A DNA stretch of 64,000 bases from Ramazzottius varieornatus. Lineage: Eukaryota; Animalia; Tardigrada. The stretch is from contig BDGG01000015.1 in assembly GCA_001949185.1 (NCBI GenBank), positions 563,036 through 627,035 on the forward strand, written 5' to 3'. Positions 12,031 to 25,400 of the stretch are shown here, piece by piece. How positions within the stretch are numbered: the first letter of the stretch is position 1; each line of letters begins with the position of its first letter. The translations under genes were made by a program, and so were the position numbers. The notes beneath the pieces are model-generated. The model had not been told where the DNA came from, searched no databases, and saw only the letters and a list, made by a program, of their open reading frames with translations.

Positions 12031-13885
12031 TTATTTCTGACCCTTCAAACGAGCTTCTAACATTTCAACATTCTTTTTGATATAGTTCATGTTCTGCGCG
12101 AAAGACTCCTCCGACAGCCTGATGTTGCCTTCCATGATACCAACTTTGGCTAGCAGCTCTTGCTGTAATTCCATCACTTCTTTCTGCAGCTGCACGAACT
12201 TAGATGCTGCAATGAACGCCATTATGAACCCAGTGTACACACATCAAACTCACTTTCTCAACCTAAAAGTAATGATAACAACGTCACTCACATTGCTGGT
12301 GAATTTCTCTGAGGGCAACCAACCGATCCACAACCGCCGGTAACGTGTTCATCGACTCTTCCCACCTCTTCAGCAGAGCATAAGCCTCACTCACCTAAAG
12401 AAAAATAGTCAACAATACTTCCGGTGTGTACGTCTGAAGTATTACGCACACACATACCTTTTTGTCCATCTCAGAATCTTTCGCATGCGACTTCTTCTCG
12501 ATAGCCTGATTCAGTCTCGGTAGGAAAGCCTGCATCCGACTTTCAATATGGTCCAGGTTATCTTTATCTAACAGACTCATCTGGTTCTTGAGCAAAGTCA
12601 CAGTGGCCATCAGACTTCCGGAAGAATCTCCAGCCAGTTCGCTCTGGAAAAACATTCCCAATTGTATGGAGCACTAGCCGAACAAACTTGGCCACATCGT
12701 TTCCTCACGTGGTGCACATTCAGCCGGTATAACTGAAAAACCTGCGCTACTTGGGCGAACGACATTGTCCAGTTTGAGCGTTTTCTAAAGTGGCGCATGG
12801 TCTCGGCGTTACTGGAGGACGCGTGCGCCACTTGGGAAAACAATCAGACTCGACAAGAGTGTTCTCCCAAGTGGCGCACGTTTACAGTCATACTGGCTGA
12901 AACATGCGTCACTTGGATAAAATTTTGGTCCCAGCTCTCAACTACTATGAAAGCAACCAATGTAATCTTTTGAAACTTCAACGGTTACTATATTCTGTAG
13001 CGATGAACAACATACCAGTTCCTTCTCTGAGCCGAAGCATTGTTCAAGTTTGCGTATCCTCTGTTCCAGTATTACGGCTTGTGACAGCTCGTCCAGACCG
13101 GAAGTGTCGTTTCTCGAGGCATCCCCACCACCACTCTCTGCTTTTTCCCCATCTTTCCTCTTCGGCGTGTCTGCTGAAGACACGTTGATGGAAGCCAGGT
13201 GAGACTTCAGCTCTTCTACCATCTGGGTGAAGTTGGTGGAGGTTTGGGGAATGAAGCTCTCGTCGCGCTTTTGCTGCCTGGATAGCAGAGCGAAATCCGA
13301 CTCGAGAGCCCGTATTTCTCCTTGAATTCTTTCGTAGCGTTCTTGAAGAGTTTCATCTGCAAGACCTTCTCCAACCTACGGAGAACAATCTGTTCAATAC
13401 TGACTGTACTGGCTTTACTGATCGTTGAGCTACTCTCTTACGGCCTCGTATTCGTTCAACTCCGCGGAATATCCCGTCGCTCTCCTCGATCCAACCGAGC
13501 CCGAGAAATTTGCCAGTGCCGAAGATAGCGCTTTTCCTCGGAAAGCTCCATAGGAGTCTTTGGCGTTAATGGACGTGCGCTCAATGTTTTCGTTCTGCGA
13601 GTGAGAGATGTCCTGCAAAACCGAAAAGCCTCGGAAATTCATACTCTAATTTCAACTACTAGTATTTTACAAACGCAAGTTGATTGGTTGATCTTACGTA
13701 AACAATGTCGGGCATCTGGTTGAAGTTTTCGTTTGCTCCGACGCTCTCGTAGAAATCTGGTTCGCCATGAGCCTGAAACATGGTCCGTCCTTGTTGCAAT
13801 GACATGCCCTACTTCAGGAAAATGGGAACATGAGCTGCGATACGATACTTACGAATCCAGGCAGACCAGCAAACTTGGATGCCAT
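12031..13885 (-). CDS. DCTN2: Dynactin subunit 2 (dynamitin/p50), multi-exon
   Basis: MASKFAGLPGF|AHGEPDFYES, YGAFRGK...NFSGSVG..R.TGY, LEQRIRKLEQCFG, LDHIESRMQ and a C-terminal coiled coil. Confidence 0.9.
12668..12937. mobile_element. Family A element (three cassettes) in DCTN2 intron
   Basis: Three GTGGCGCA/TGCGCCAC-type cassettes. Confidence 0.75.
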
Positions 13886-14795
13886 CGCCACTTCTGTTGG
13901 AGCAACAGAATGCAAACCGGACAGTTGCTTGTCGGCTATGGGAACTGAATTCCTCGGCTCCAAGTAGCGTCCTCCTTGTGGTGTTCGTGTCGGACACACT
14001 TGTCCGACGTCAGAACTCGTGGAGGATTCGAGAATGGAAGCTTGGAAAGAAACCCAAGGATTTTTGGTGCCGAGCAGGTGCTCCGTCCACCACAGTTAAT
14101 CAGCAATCTACAATCAACTGGCATAGTCTTTATACTTGGTACTTGCACTTGTACTTCGTCGTCACTTCGATGGTTGTACTGTCAAGTACGAGTAGGGTAA
14201 GTAAAATCTGTGTTTTTCTTTGTTAGGCATCTCGTACTTGGCACTGATGGTACTTCTGGCGCCATACTCGGTACTCAGGAACCGCCGCGCGCGCGGGCAC
14301 AGCTGTTAGCTTCCGATACTCTATGGAACCAGGAACCGAAAAAGCCACTGTTTCTTGGCAGTGTTTCTGAAGTTTGCTGTAACTTACACAGGTTTTTCGG
14401 AATGACAGAAAGAAGTATAGACCGGCGACTATCTACAAGCAAGGAATCAAGACTTGAAACTGGGGGGCGCTCATCATTCCACCAGCCGGTTTAGGCTGAT
14501 CGTCACACTTCATTCCGCAGATCGTCTGAAGCGCTCGGAGTGCACGCACGCAGAACAAGCCAGCGAGAATTAATCAGTAGCTTATCAAAAATCGAATCAG
14601 CAATTTTTTCCGGTATTTTACCCTCAAGTGCCACTCGACGTGCCGAATAAACCTCCAACAATATGATACTGATATCACATCGCGAGATTACTTCAGTGCC
14701 GTGGGAATGCCTCTTCGTCACAATACCTCCATGTATGCTAGAAAGCTTTCGAAAAACGTTCCTCAGTGTTCCTTCCGTTCAACTGGGCCACAAAA

Positions 14796-14890
14796 GGGAG
14801 GCCGGCCAACAAAGCGTACGAGATGGTTTCTTTCAAGTGGCGCACGCTTCTGGTTAATAACATTGACAACGTGCGCCACTAGGGGAAACG
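14796..14890. mobile_element. Family A element, partial, intergenic
   Basis: GGGAGGCCGGCCAAC end plus one cassette. Confidence 0.6.
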
Positions 14891-15285
14891 AAAAAAAAAC
14901 AGCAACTGTACAATTCGTAGCTGGTTCTCGGCAGTGACGGTACGTCGCGTACTAGTACGGCACTTGGTTCTGTCTCGCAAGGCATCAAAGTCAAGTCAGC
15001 GAGTTCTTGAGAAGTCTTTTTATTATACTATTAGCCATAGAGGTTTATGCATACCGTTGGGCACGCTAGATGCTCGACGAGCGACGACGTAACACTGCCA
15101 ATTTTAGACATTGTCACTGTTGCAGCTTGGGCTTTGAGCTGTACAGACTTCCGCAACTGTCTAATCCTCCATCGATCCCGTTGAGCTCTCTCCCATTTCC
15201 CATTGTGGCTTATCGCTTGTGATCAGCTTCCTGGATCGCTCCATCGCTTTTGCATTGCCTTGACGGGTTGGTCACCGGCGGAAAA

Positions 15286-16805
15286 ATGGTCAAGGATTGT
15301 TTATGTTGTGATCTGATGACAGGATGCCGGATAGCCGCACTGTATACCATTGTAAGTCCGGAAACTACTGTGGTAAAAAGACATCTTCGGGAAAGCGATC
15401 ATTCATTTCGATGAACTCCCTCTTTGGGAAAAAGTCGGAAAGTCTAGCGAAAAACCATATACTTTGGAAATCAGGAACATGAATATGTTACCATTCTCAT
15501 TTTTTAGGTGATTGGACTGCTAGAAGCTATTTTCATAATTTCCTTTGGCTTTTTGAATCATGACGCACATGCAAGTAAGTAGCCCTTGAATATGGTCCTC
15601 CCAGTTTGGCACGCGGTTCTTCACTTTGACTAAAGATAATATTCGGCTTATGAAAACTGTAATTTTGTTTTGTGCTTTTCAGCAATGCATATCATGGCGC
15701 TCTGCGGGGCTTTCATTTTCATCCTGGCCGGATGCATCCTTTTCGTGGCTGTACATCGGCGGCAGGAGACAGGTGCAGTTTGCCATGCACTTTCTTTCCC
15801 ATTGTATACAGTGTCAGATTACGTAACAGTGACAAAAAATCAATACAGTCAATATATGGGCATGTTTATGTAGAAACCGACTGGTGATTGTTTATGCTTG
15901 TCTTCCCTCCCGGCAGGTCTCTTAGTCTACTTGATCATCGCTGTCATGTACGCCTTCTGCCGGGGGACCCTCATCCTCATGTTCATCATATGGCTCAACA
16001 CTTACGACAGGTGCACCAAATTGTAGGAAATGGCCAGTTGCCAATGCGGTCCTGGATCTAAGCAGGCTGCTTGGTTGTAGAATTGACTGAAATTTGGTGA
16101 CACCATAAAACCATCATAATTTTTCTGGGCTTTCCAGGATTGCGGTAACGCGGTCTTTTCTTGTATTTTTGCAGGGATTTCAACTACGAGGTATGCGTTA
16201 GGGCCGTTCTAAAGTGCCACTCATTACGTAAAGTATCGCAGTTGGACCCATTCATGCAATAGTATCGAGAACGACGTTCGCGAGATCTGTAGTGTTTGAC
16301 TGCGTTGAGCACTGTGACGTGGTACTTGACCAAAGGTCGTCAATTGATAACGCCTCACTGCCTTGATCCACATGGTGGTATCGCTACCTGGCGCGTATTT
16401 TACCACGAGCATGCTCACGCGGTGTTATTTTCGTAGCTTCCTGTCGGCGGAGTGTGGGTCCGACTCATCTTGCACATCATTGGCGTCATCCTCGATTCAT
16501 GGGCCATCATCTCAGGTGAACCCTACTTCTAATTTCCTTCGGAAAATCGTAGAAATTTTTTTTCCTGCAAACTGGAAATCTCCTCAGTCTGATTCCCTAA
16601 AAAACGCCCTGAAGATGGCTAAACCATGAATAGTTTTAGTTTCCAGACGAGCGTAGCTCGGTTGTTTATTTTTACAGTGCTGTCCCTGTTTCGCTACATC
16701 AAGCATCCCGAGCAACTGCAGCAGTACGATGTGGCTCCCGTGCCGACCTATTATGTCACGCAGCAGAAGACCATTTACATTGAGGATTATGACACGCGCA
16801 CATAA
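15286..16805 (+). CDS. Small four-transmembrane protein with N-terminal Cys motif (DUF4728/LAPTM-like), 7 short exons
   Basis: Spliced MVKDCLCCDLMTGCRIAALYTI|VIGLLEAIFIISFGF..|..ALCGAFIFILAGCILFVAV..|GLLVYLIIAVMYAF..|..ILDSWAIIS|VLSLFRYIK...YDTRT*; canonical GT-AG junctions. Confidence 0.7.
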
Positions 16806-19622
16806 ACACAGACTGATGTTCAGGAAAAGGATGCTGCTGCTGAGGATTAACTTCAAACTCGATAACCAAAGCCTGTCCTAACCGTGTTAAAGTGTGGTGG
16901 CGCCACCTAGTCAGCGACCTCATGGCGCGCACCCTACCGCATTTGTTGAATGTACTCAAAATATTTCTCTTCAGACTGAAAACCTTCAGCCTTGAGAATT
17001 TCTCGCCCACTTACCTTTAGAGTTTAGTTAAAGCATGTAGAGAGTTAGATTGTTTCTCCATATCAAGTGTATTTCTTGCCCGGTTAAACTCGAGGGTGTT
17101 CAAGAGATTACGAAAAGTTTGTTGTTTTTTTATAGGGATTTCTGTTTTAACTTTGCTTAGGGAAAGAGCGATTTTTCGTTGTGTTTTGGACTTTTTGAGT
17201 CTTGCAGGACCGTAGCCCGTCTTCTGTTTTGAATAAAGTAACTGGCGTCTAGAAAGCCAAGGTATATTGAATACACCTGTAGAAAAGAGGCTGTAGTCCC
17301 CTTACTTCATCCATCCCAGTGGTGCCGTCTATCATTTCCCACGATGTGGAACTTCTAGACCTTCTTTCTTCATAAAAACTAGATTCCTACTTAAATCTGA
17401 TCAAATCTTTTTTTCTGGACTACCTTTTATTCACACCACGCAGACCTTGTCCTTGCTCAGAAGAGACAAGCTGATAGGTATATGAATTCATCGTTCCCTT
17501 AGTGTATGTACAGCTTCTTCGAAGCGCGGCCCCATATGTCCCGGGAGTCACCCTGTCGAGCTCAAGATGACTCTTGGCCATTATAAAAACTATCGAATCA
17601 CTACGCGCTGATCAATTGTGGAATGAAAGTGCTACCTGCAATTACCCCACTTAATACCCCTACACAGGTTACAGGTTACAGGTTGTAGGATCTGATAGGA
17701 ATCTGCCATGTCTGTCACCAAAACTGTCTCTCCCAAAAATAATTACCCTGCACCTACTTCCTGGTTGGCACTGTGGACTCTAAAATGGGCTTTGTGGAAT
17801 CTTCCGCATTCGAAGTAGACTATGACTTTCCTGGAAGAGGGAAGAGAGTGATTAATCAATGAACATGACATCATAGAGCAAGTGTGCATTGTGTCATGAT
17901 CATCGTCGGCCATCATCTTCATCGGTTGCCCAACAAAGGGCGATGAGCGAGGCAGTAAGAACAATAAGATCAGTTGAACGAGCCAATCATATCCACGACA
18001 GTGGCCGACTGACAATGTTGGGGCAGCTTCCGTTGGTGCACTTGGGAGCATTGGACAGAACGGAAGTGGATATGCATCGTTGGCGTAATCTCACAACTTC
18101 CTCCCAAGACTGGCCTTTCTGTCCTAGCTGTCCTGCCTGCCTCAAAGTCAGATCATCCCTACCATCTATTCATCCAGGCGCCTCTTCTTATCCCGCTTTT
18201 CATCGGCCATTATCCCCCTCCTTGATCCCTCCTTGTCAAAATGCAATTCGCCCATTAATAACACCGTCAATTTGGTCCGTCAAAAGTAAGACACACTGAA
18301 TGACACAACAGAAAAATAATCAACTTAGATGGACGTCCCTGTCGACGTTCTTATGTTCGCGCAGGATCACATCCAGTACTCTAGTGTCGGAAATAAGCAG
18401 GACTTTGGCCAACACGTCAGCTCGCGTCTTGGTACAATCCAGTGTTGCACAAGCTTAGAGAAGGAGTTCTTGTCACACGACGCCATTACTTGGTGAAAAC
18501 AGAATGTAGAAAAAATACACAATTGTGGATAACGAAGGCAGATGGCAAGCCTCAATTGGAACGATATTCCAGTACTCTCCTAATGTCAAACGTTATCTAG
18601 AATCCTATAATGAAAGTTCAGAAACTTTAAACTTTTTGTTTTATTTGGTAAATAATTCTGGCAGCCTTTTTTCCATAGAGTTTACTATCTGCACCGCCGG
18701 TTCCAGAACTCAAGAAAAGTAGGAACGTCGAGCAAAAGGTAATTTTGCCGATTGCTGGACTTTGGAGTCGTAAGTTGGAGAGGCTATCCCTCCATATGCA
18801 TGGTCTGGATCGACTCAAATGTCATATGCAGCTGCTCATTTCCATGTTGGAGTGGTCATCAGAAGTGCATGTGGGACTTCCCTAAACACTTTACAATCTG
18901 CCCATGTCCAGCCACGTTTCTCCCCCCAAATCAAAAGTCGGTCAGAACCATCCCGAACCTAGAGTACACATTATTCAATCTAAGCATTTTCTATCAGATG
19001 CAAATGGGGATCTGGAGGGACATTTCCTGCCAGTGACCTTGAAGTGGGTGTCCAGTTTCGTCATCGATGACTGCATGACCATATATCGCTGCCCATTGTG
19101 TTTTGTGCCGAACGATCGTCGACATCCACACTTCACTTCCCATTTTGCCCATAAACAGGAACAGCCTATCTGCTCCAGCTGGACATTGAGCTGTCATGTC
19201 TTGCTCCTGTTTTGACCAGTCAACATATAATGCTATGCATGTTCTTACTGACTTCCTCTTCCCAGCTCCCCTTTTGGAAACCAAAGCACTTTCCAGATTG
19301 TGGCATGCATGTCTTTCTTTCTTTTATGCTATGATATCACTGTTGACCATCTCGCCATAATACGCAGGAAATATTTTCATGGAGTGACTGCATGTGATGG
19401 AGCGAGCCTCCATTATGGACTCATTCAAACGCATCTTGAGTGCATGTAAATTATTATGAGATATCAGAATGACAACCATCTCACAGCAGCTCTCCCCCGC
19501 TTCCTCGTCCCCTTCCTTTTCCCTTTCTCTTCCTCACTTTTATCTTCCCTCCTCCATCTTCATGTCTCCCAGCTAGACGCAGCCCATTAGTTCTACCCGG
19601 GCTTCTTCCGGAAAATCCCGCG

Positions 19623-19828
19623 GGGAGACCGGCAAACAAAACGTACAAGACTGTTATTTCAAGTGGCGCACTGCTTCAGGCTGTAACAATAGGGATGTCC
19701 GTCAGTTGGAAAAACCATCCTGTCGAGTTTGACTGTTTCCCCCAAGTAGCGCGCGTTTCCACAGTTGATGGCTCGAAGCATGCGCCACTTGGGACATCGA
19801 TCTCGTACGTTTAGTTTGCCGGCCTCCC
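19623..19828. mobile_element. Family A element (two cassettes), intergenic
   Basis: GGGAGACCGGCAAAC...GTTTGCCGGCCTCCC. Confidence 0.8.
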
Positions 19829-22438
19829 AAACTTGGCGCTTGAACTTGGAACCGCTGGCCAAGGCTTTGGTCGTAAAGCCTTCAGACTTGGGCTTTGGTT
19901 TCGGCACACCGGAAATACCGATGAAAAATCAGATGAAGTTTTTTTTCCACACTGAAGTGTCTTCTTGGGTTTGGTTTAAGTGAGGTTTGAATTGGTCATG
20001 AAGCGAAGAGGTCGAGCGGAGAGGCTGGAGAGGATACGGACCATCTCTCTTATCTTCCCGCAACCGCGATCGCAGAGAAGACATGCTGCATGTCGACGCC
20101 GATGGGTCGTAAACTGCCATCAGTCAAGTACAGCTGATGGATTGAGAGGATCTGCTCGATCTGCGGGGTCGATCGTCGAGGAGCACCGTCGACAAGTACC
20201 CTCCCTCTGTGTACAGTGGCTGTATGCCAACAACGGTCCTCGCTGACGTCTGTCAGACTTTCACAATGAGCATACTCCAGAAACAGGCAGAGATGTTGGG
20301 TTCCCCTCTTGACTCTTCGTCGATTTCTTCACAGCATGTCTTGCCTGAGTTCGCCGCACCGTGGTAATTACCCATCCCACTGTAGCTCGGACTCTGACTG
20401 TGGGCCAGATTACATACACCAGACCAATACTCTTCCGCCTTTGTAATGTTCATCTCTCTCCAGCCCTGGTACTGCAACGAACGAGTACAGCGCCTTCAAA
20501 ATAAAAATGTTGCTAAATGCAGAGAAAATGAATAAAAAAAAAGAATTTCTCATCTACCGACTAGGTTCACCTGCTGGAACTCTTTTTATATTAGATCATG
20601 CTTGATTCATGTAAAGTACTGTGTTGTAGACGAATTAGCGGCACATGCCACCGTTGCGTCCAACAACACCTTCTCGTCCATTTTTCAACGATTTGCTTGG
20701 ATATTGGACTGTATGAATGGCTCGAGCAATGCTGCTCCGCGTCTGTTTGGCCCGTTTCGGGGTACCAAAAGATATAAAACCCGAGGCATGGTTCTTGGCG
20801 ATCTTTACGGAGCACCCTACTGACGAAATAAGGCGCGGTGCATAGTCCATCAACGCGTACGACGCCATGTTAGTTTATGCAGTACCAGTATCGGCGCTTA
20901 TTGTTTGCTTTTTGCGGGAGCCAACTCTGTATGATACGCTGCCAGTCGACTATGCCGGCATTTCTCATACAGTACATTGCCGAAAATTATACAGCCTTCC
21001 TTCCCCCACCATATAGACAGATTCATCATAAAAACGTCAATCTTGGTTGGCGGTCTCTCCCAGCATTTGCTTTGCGCCGCTTTTCCCATCGTGTCATCGG
21101 TCCATCCAATTGCCGATAGTGCCTTGGTACTGCAAGCGGTCATCACTCATTCCTCCCTTCTCATCCCGGAATGTAATATACCTTCTCTCTGGTATAGAAG
21201 TCCCAACTCCACTCTCCACTTTTCATTCTTTCATCCGCTTCCAAGTCGCCCATGACCTGCTGATAGTTTTATGATCCTTTCGGGTTGAAACACAGCTGGG
21301 CATGTGATGAGTATCAGTGCACTGGTGGCCCCGTAATTACCCTAAACATTGGCGCACCATTCATCTGCGTCTCTCTATGTTCATTGCCTAAACCAACCAC
21401 ATTTTTCACCGTGCCTATATACCTTTTTCTGCCTTCTTCCAATCTAGTGCGTTGGATTCATCATCCCCATCCGTCATACCTTGGACAGAGGGCAAAGCGG
21501 GCATTTAATACCGGCTATTATACCCTTCCGTAGTATTTCCTTCCTGGCTTCCTCCTTGGCTGACCGATCGTCCATCCAGCCATCCATCAGCTGTACACCC
21601 TTAGCTGCCTATGCTCTTGTGTACTTTGACGGCTTTACCTGTGACTGACAACTGGTCAAGTCGCTCCTCAAGTGCTGCATGTCTCACACTACGGCGCGCC
21701 TCCGTACGAGTATAGCTTTTTCGTCGGACGACGTGAACTGACGCACCTTTTCCAGCGGTACCGCTTAAATCTCGGACTTTCTCCTTCGGCACACAAATAT
21801 ATTTCACTGCCAGTTTGACTCCATTTTTACCCAGCCGGACATTATTTACCTTCTCTGCAAGTTGTCGACAGCTTCAATTTGCTTGCTGACTTACTTCCCC
21901 ATATTTCAAGCGAACCAACGCCGGCGTCGTTCCCAGAACGTTTTTGGAATTCGTGGAGACTTCAATTGCTTACACGGTTGCGCTTGCTCGATTTTTATTT
22001 ACTCACTGGAACATTCCTTCGGGTGTGGAATAGACACTGCGCCACTGTGCTTCGCATAATTCCAGGACGAGGAAGTAGTTTCAAGGTAAGCTCCCACCTC
22101 ACGAAAAACGGACTAACAAGTTTCGAATTCACTGTGCGGTAAAAGGACAATATCACTTAGAATTTTGAAATCTGAAAACTTTTCATATCTTTTATGCATA
22201 TCAGAAAAAAAACCTTCTGGGTGAAAAAAATTTGCCAGTAGCTTGTGCCGAAATTTTCATTTAAGAAATCTGTTTTTCATGACGTACCTTTACAGTACGT
22301 CACTTTCGACAAGACTGTATGGATTTTCGTCCAGTAGTTTCACACCATTTTTCTACATATTTTCTCCTTCATAGAATACACTACTTCGAAGGTGGAAGCA
22401 GACAACATAGCGTGAAAATTTCTTTGCGGAAATCAGTC

Positions 22439-25400
22439 ATGGTACTGATTGGAAGAATGTTACGCTTGATTGGCTGTGTCTTGTTTTCCGGCTTGTTGGC
22501 CGTCACATCAGCCTACCCATTTGGCGCGGGAATGTCGGCCTGTGTGACGCTGATTCCCGGCCACGGCGTGGTCCCACAACCCATAGAGACGCTGCCCTTC
22601 ATGATCGAGCCCCAATCTGACTCCTTCGTCCCGGGCAAAGTCTTCAAAGGTAAGTGAAGAAGAAGCTCCATCCAGCTCCATTGTTACGCTTACCTCAAGA
22701 CTTCATACCGCTATAAAAAATCAATGGCTCATTGTGATCAACCGGTATGGTGTCAAGGCTCACCTCCTCAATTCATCATGCAAGCAATGGGGGTGAGAGT
22801 TCCGTACAGTCTGTGGTCTAAGAATAGGAGGAAAAAGAGTCTTTTGAGTTTGTTGAAGAGGAATGTTTGTTTGAAAAGACGATTGCCAAGTTTGATATTG
22901 GCTGAAGTGCCTCTACGGCAATAATAGGCCTCCTCGACCATTGCCTGCATGCCTTTCTTCGACCGCTGTACTTGAAGAGATCACCTTTGCCTCTTGCCTT
23001 TAGCTTTGGCCTTAGCTTTCAATTGTGTTGTACAGTAGCCGGAGAAGTAGAATGGAAGGAAGTGCGGTCAGGAAAGCAGTTGGGGCAGCCAAGTTAGCCC
23101 GTTTTCATAGCCAGGGTATTATTCCAAGAGCAGACGGGGCATTGATGAGGCTTTCAATGGCCAACTGCCGTAGCTACTGACCGCTGGTCACTCAACCGTA
23201 CATGCGCCGTATCACACTTTACAACATCAACCTTCTCACTTTCCATAGTTCAATACTTGAGATATCAAAGAACAACAAACCGTGGAAAATATGCCCGAAC
23301 TGTAGCCTAGCTGCGGCTCTTTCGTGAATTCAAACCTAAAGATATTTTCAAGAAAAATGGTAATTGAACAGAAAAGAGTTTTGATTTGCCTATCCGTCTG
23401 AACGTTTCGTCGGACTGTTTTTCTCTTTGAATAGTGAGGATCAAGACAGCTTCTGGAAAGTACAAGAACCGCAAAGTGGGTGGCTTCCTCATCCAAGCTC
23501 GCGCACCTGGAACTACCGAGCCTGTGGGTCGCTGGGAAGTTCACCACGAAGAAAGCCACAAGCACGGCGTAAAGGAACGAAACTGTTCACATCCCTTTGA
23601 CTCGGTCACCCACATGGACCCAAAGCCCAAGACCGCGGATATTATCCTTCACTTCTTCCCCACATCCAACACGCCGGACACCATTCAATTCGTGTAAGTT
23701 CGACGCGCGCCTAAAGAACCGCAACTAATTGAACCGTAGAAGATTTCTGAAAGAGTGAGATAGATAAGCGAAGCGCCAATGACAGGAAAAACGTTGACAG
23801 GAGGAAAGTGAAAGCATAGATTCAATTGAGAAAAGGCCGAAGAACTTAGTGGCAGCTTTGGTCAATGGTCAAAGTTTCTGGTTGGTTTCTTTCGGAGGCT
23901 GCATGACGAGTGGCATGTGAAAGGAAAAGGGTGGAAAGACGCCGAATATGATTTGGTGATGCGAAAAAGCCTACAAGACAAGTCATGCTCGTCATCGAGC
24001 GGAAGATGTTGAAGAGAAGGAGGCAAGCCGATATTTTGACAAATTAATAATTGGGGGGAAAATGTTAGCTTAAGCGGTATAGGCACTTGCATGACGAGAG
24101 GCGCATCGTCGATGGCACTGTACAGAGATACAAAGAATGTTTGCCCCCATCTCAAAATCAATCTTTTCTCTCGACGACTTGCCCCTCTCTTCCCTGCAAT
24201 CAGACATTTATCATTAGATGGAAAATTGAGCATAACAAGTTTGAGGCCGACGTCGTCGCCGTGATGTCTGTAGTGATCTCAAGATGCCATCCCTGCCCAA
24301 GTTAACCTGTCCATATAGACCTACGTGCCAGACTTGAAAGTCGCACCAACTCAGTCAATATTTCCCCGACGCATTCTTCATCCAACTTGTACCTCTACTA
24401 ACTTACCCAACTGTAATTACACACTCACAGCGGTCATGACATGACGCCATTTATATCTGCCTTCTCATCGACCAAGGCCCTTGTTTATCCCTCTTTGATC
24501 CAATATTTTGGCAGGTTACCAAATCTATCTCCGAGAAAACTGGCCTCACATGATACACTAGGACAGTTTACACGCCGGTACTGCGGACCGACCAAAATTT
24601 CGGTTTGCCAGCTATCGTAGCGAAAGGCAGCAATGAGAGCTTGGCAGATTCCAAGGTGGCGCACGCTTCCAGCCAGTGACACTGACAGCGTACGCCACTT
24701 GGCAAAACGATCTGGCCGATTTTGTTTGCCGCGCTCACAAATACGGTAGAAATTGGTGTACTGTGGATAGTTGCTCCTTTTGGTCTGGAAAGGGACTTGA
24801 ATGGATCTAAAAAATTTCCGAAAAATTAGGAGCACTCATTAATGAAGCTTTTTATGAAATTCGGTCATGCATGAATTTCTTGCATGTGGAATTTCTTGTC
24901 GGCGGAAGCCGCAATACACAAAGGCGGATCGATGGCCCAGTCCGCTGTCTAACTGTCCATATCATACGAGGGACTTGCTCACGTCAATCCCCTCGTAAGG
25001 ATTTGCGACAATTCCCATCGTTAATTCTCCAGCATGATATCTATCTAGTTGGCACATGAAACGTGATGAAGGACCGCGCCATCGATCTGCCTCATCATTT
25101 GCCGGCCATTGGGTCGCTACAAAGCGGGACGCGCTGGGTGATGTGGGTAGTGCACAGCGTAGTGTCGTCTCAGCTGGGTGCGAATCGCATAAAAAACTCG
25201 GATAAATCTCGATATCTACCAAAGGCTGAACCGACTCGTTTTCCGCTTAAAATGTCGTCCTGTGAGTGTGATCAGCCTGTTCTATGAAGCCGGAAACTAA
25301 ACAGGCTAATCCAACAGCACATTAAAGAAAAACTACACGCTTTGTTGCGCTTACATTGCCTTCACACATTCCTCGTGCATGAAAAGCAATCGTAGAGAAA

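Noticed and set aside
5965-14060. Peptide FLxxLPFSNPP in two intergenic ORFs with synonymous differences
   Set aside because: Short match expected by chance in an all-against-all six-frame comparison; no extended similarity
17660-17685. (TACAGGT)3 tandem repeat
   Set aside because: Too short to support a telomeric or satellite call
19929-20477. Minus-strand segment resembling a TGF-beta propeptide (GWREMNITKAEEYW, RPRR)
   Set aside because: Multiple stops and no cystine-knot domain; similarity too weak
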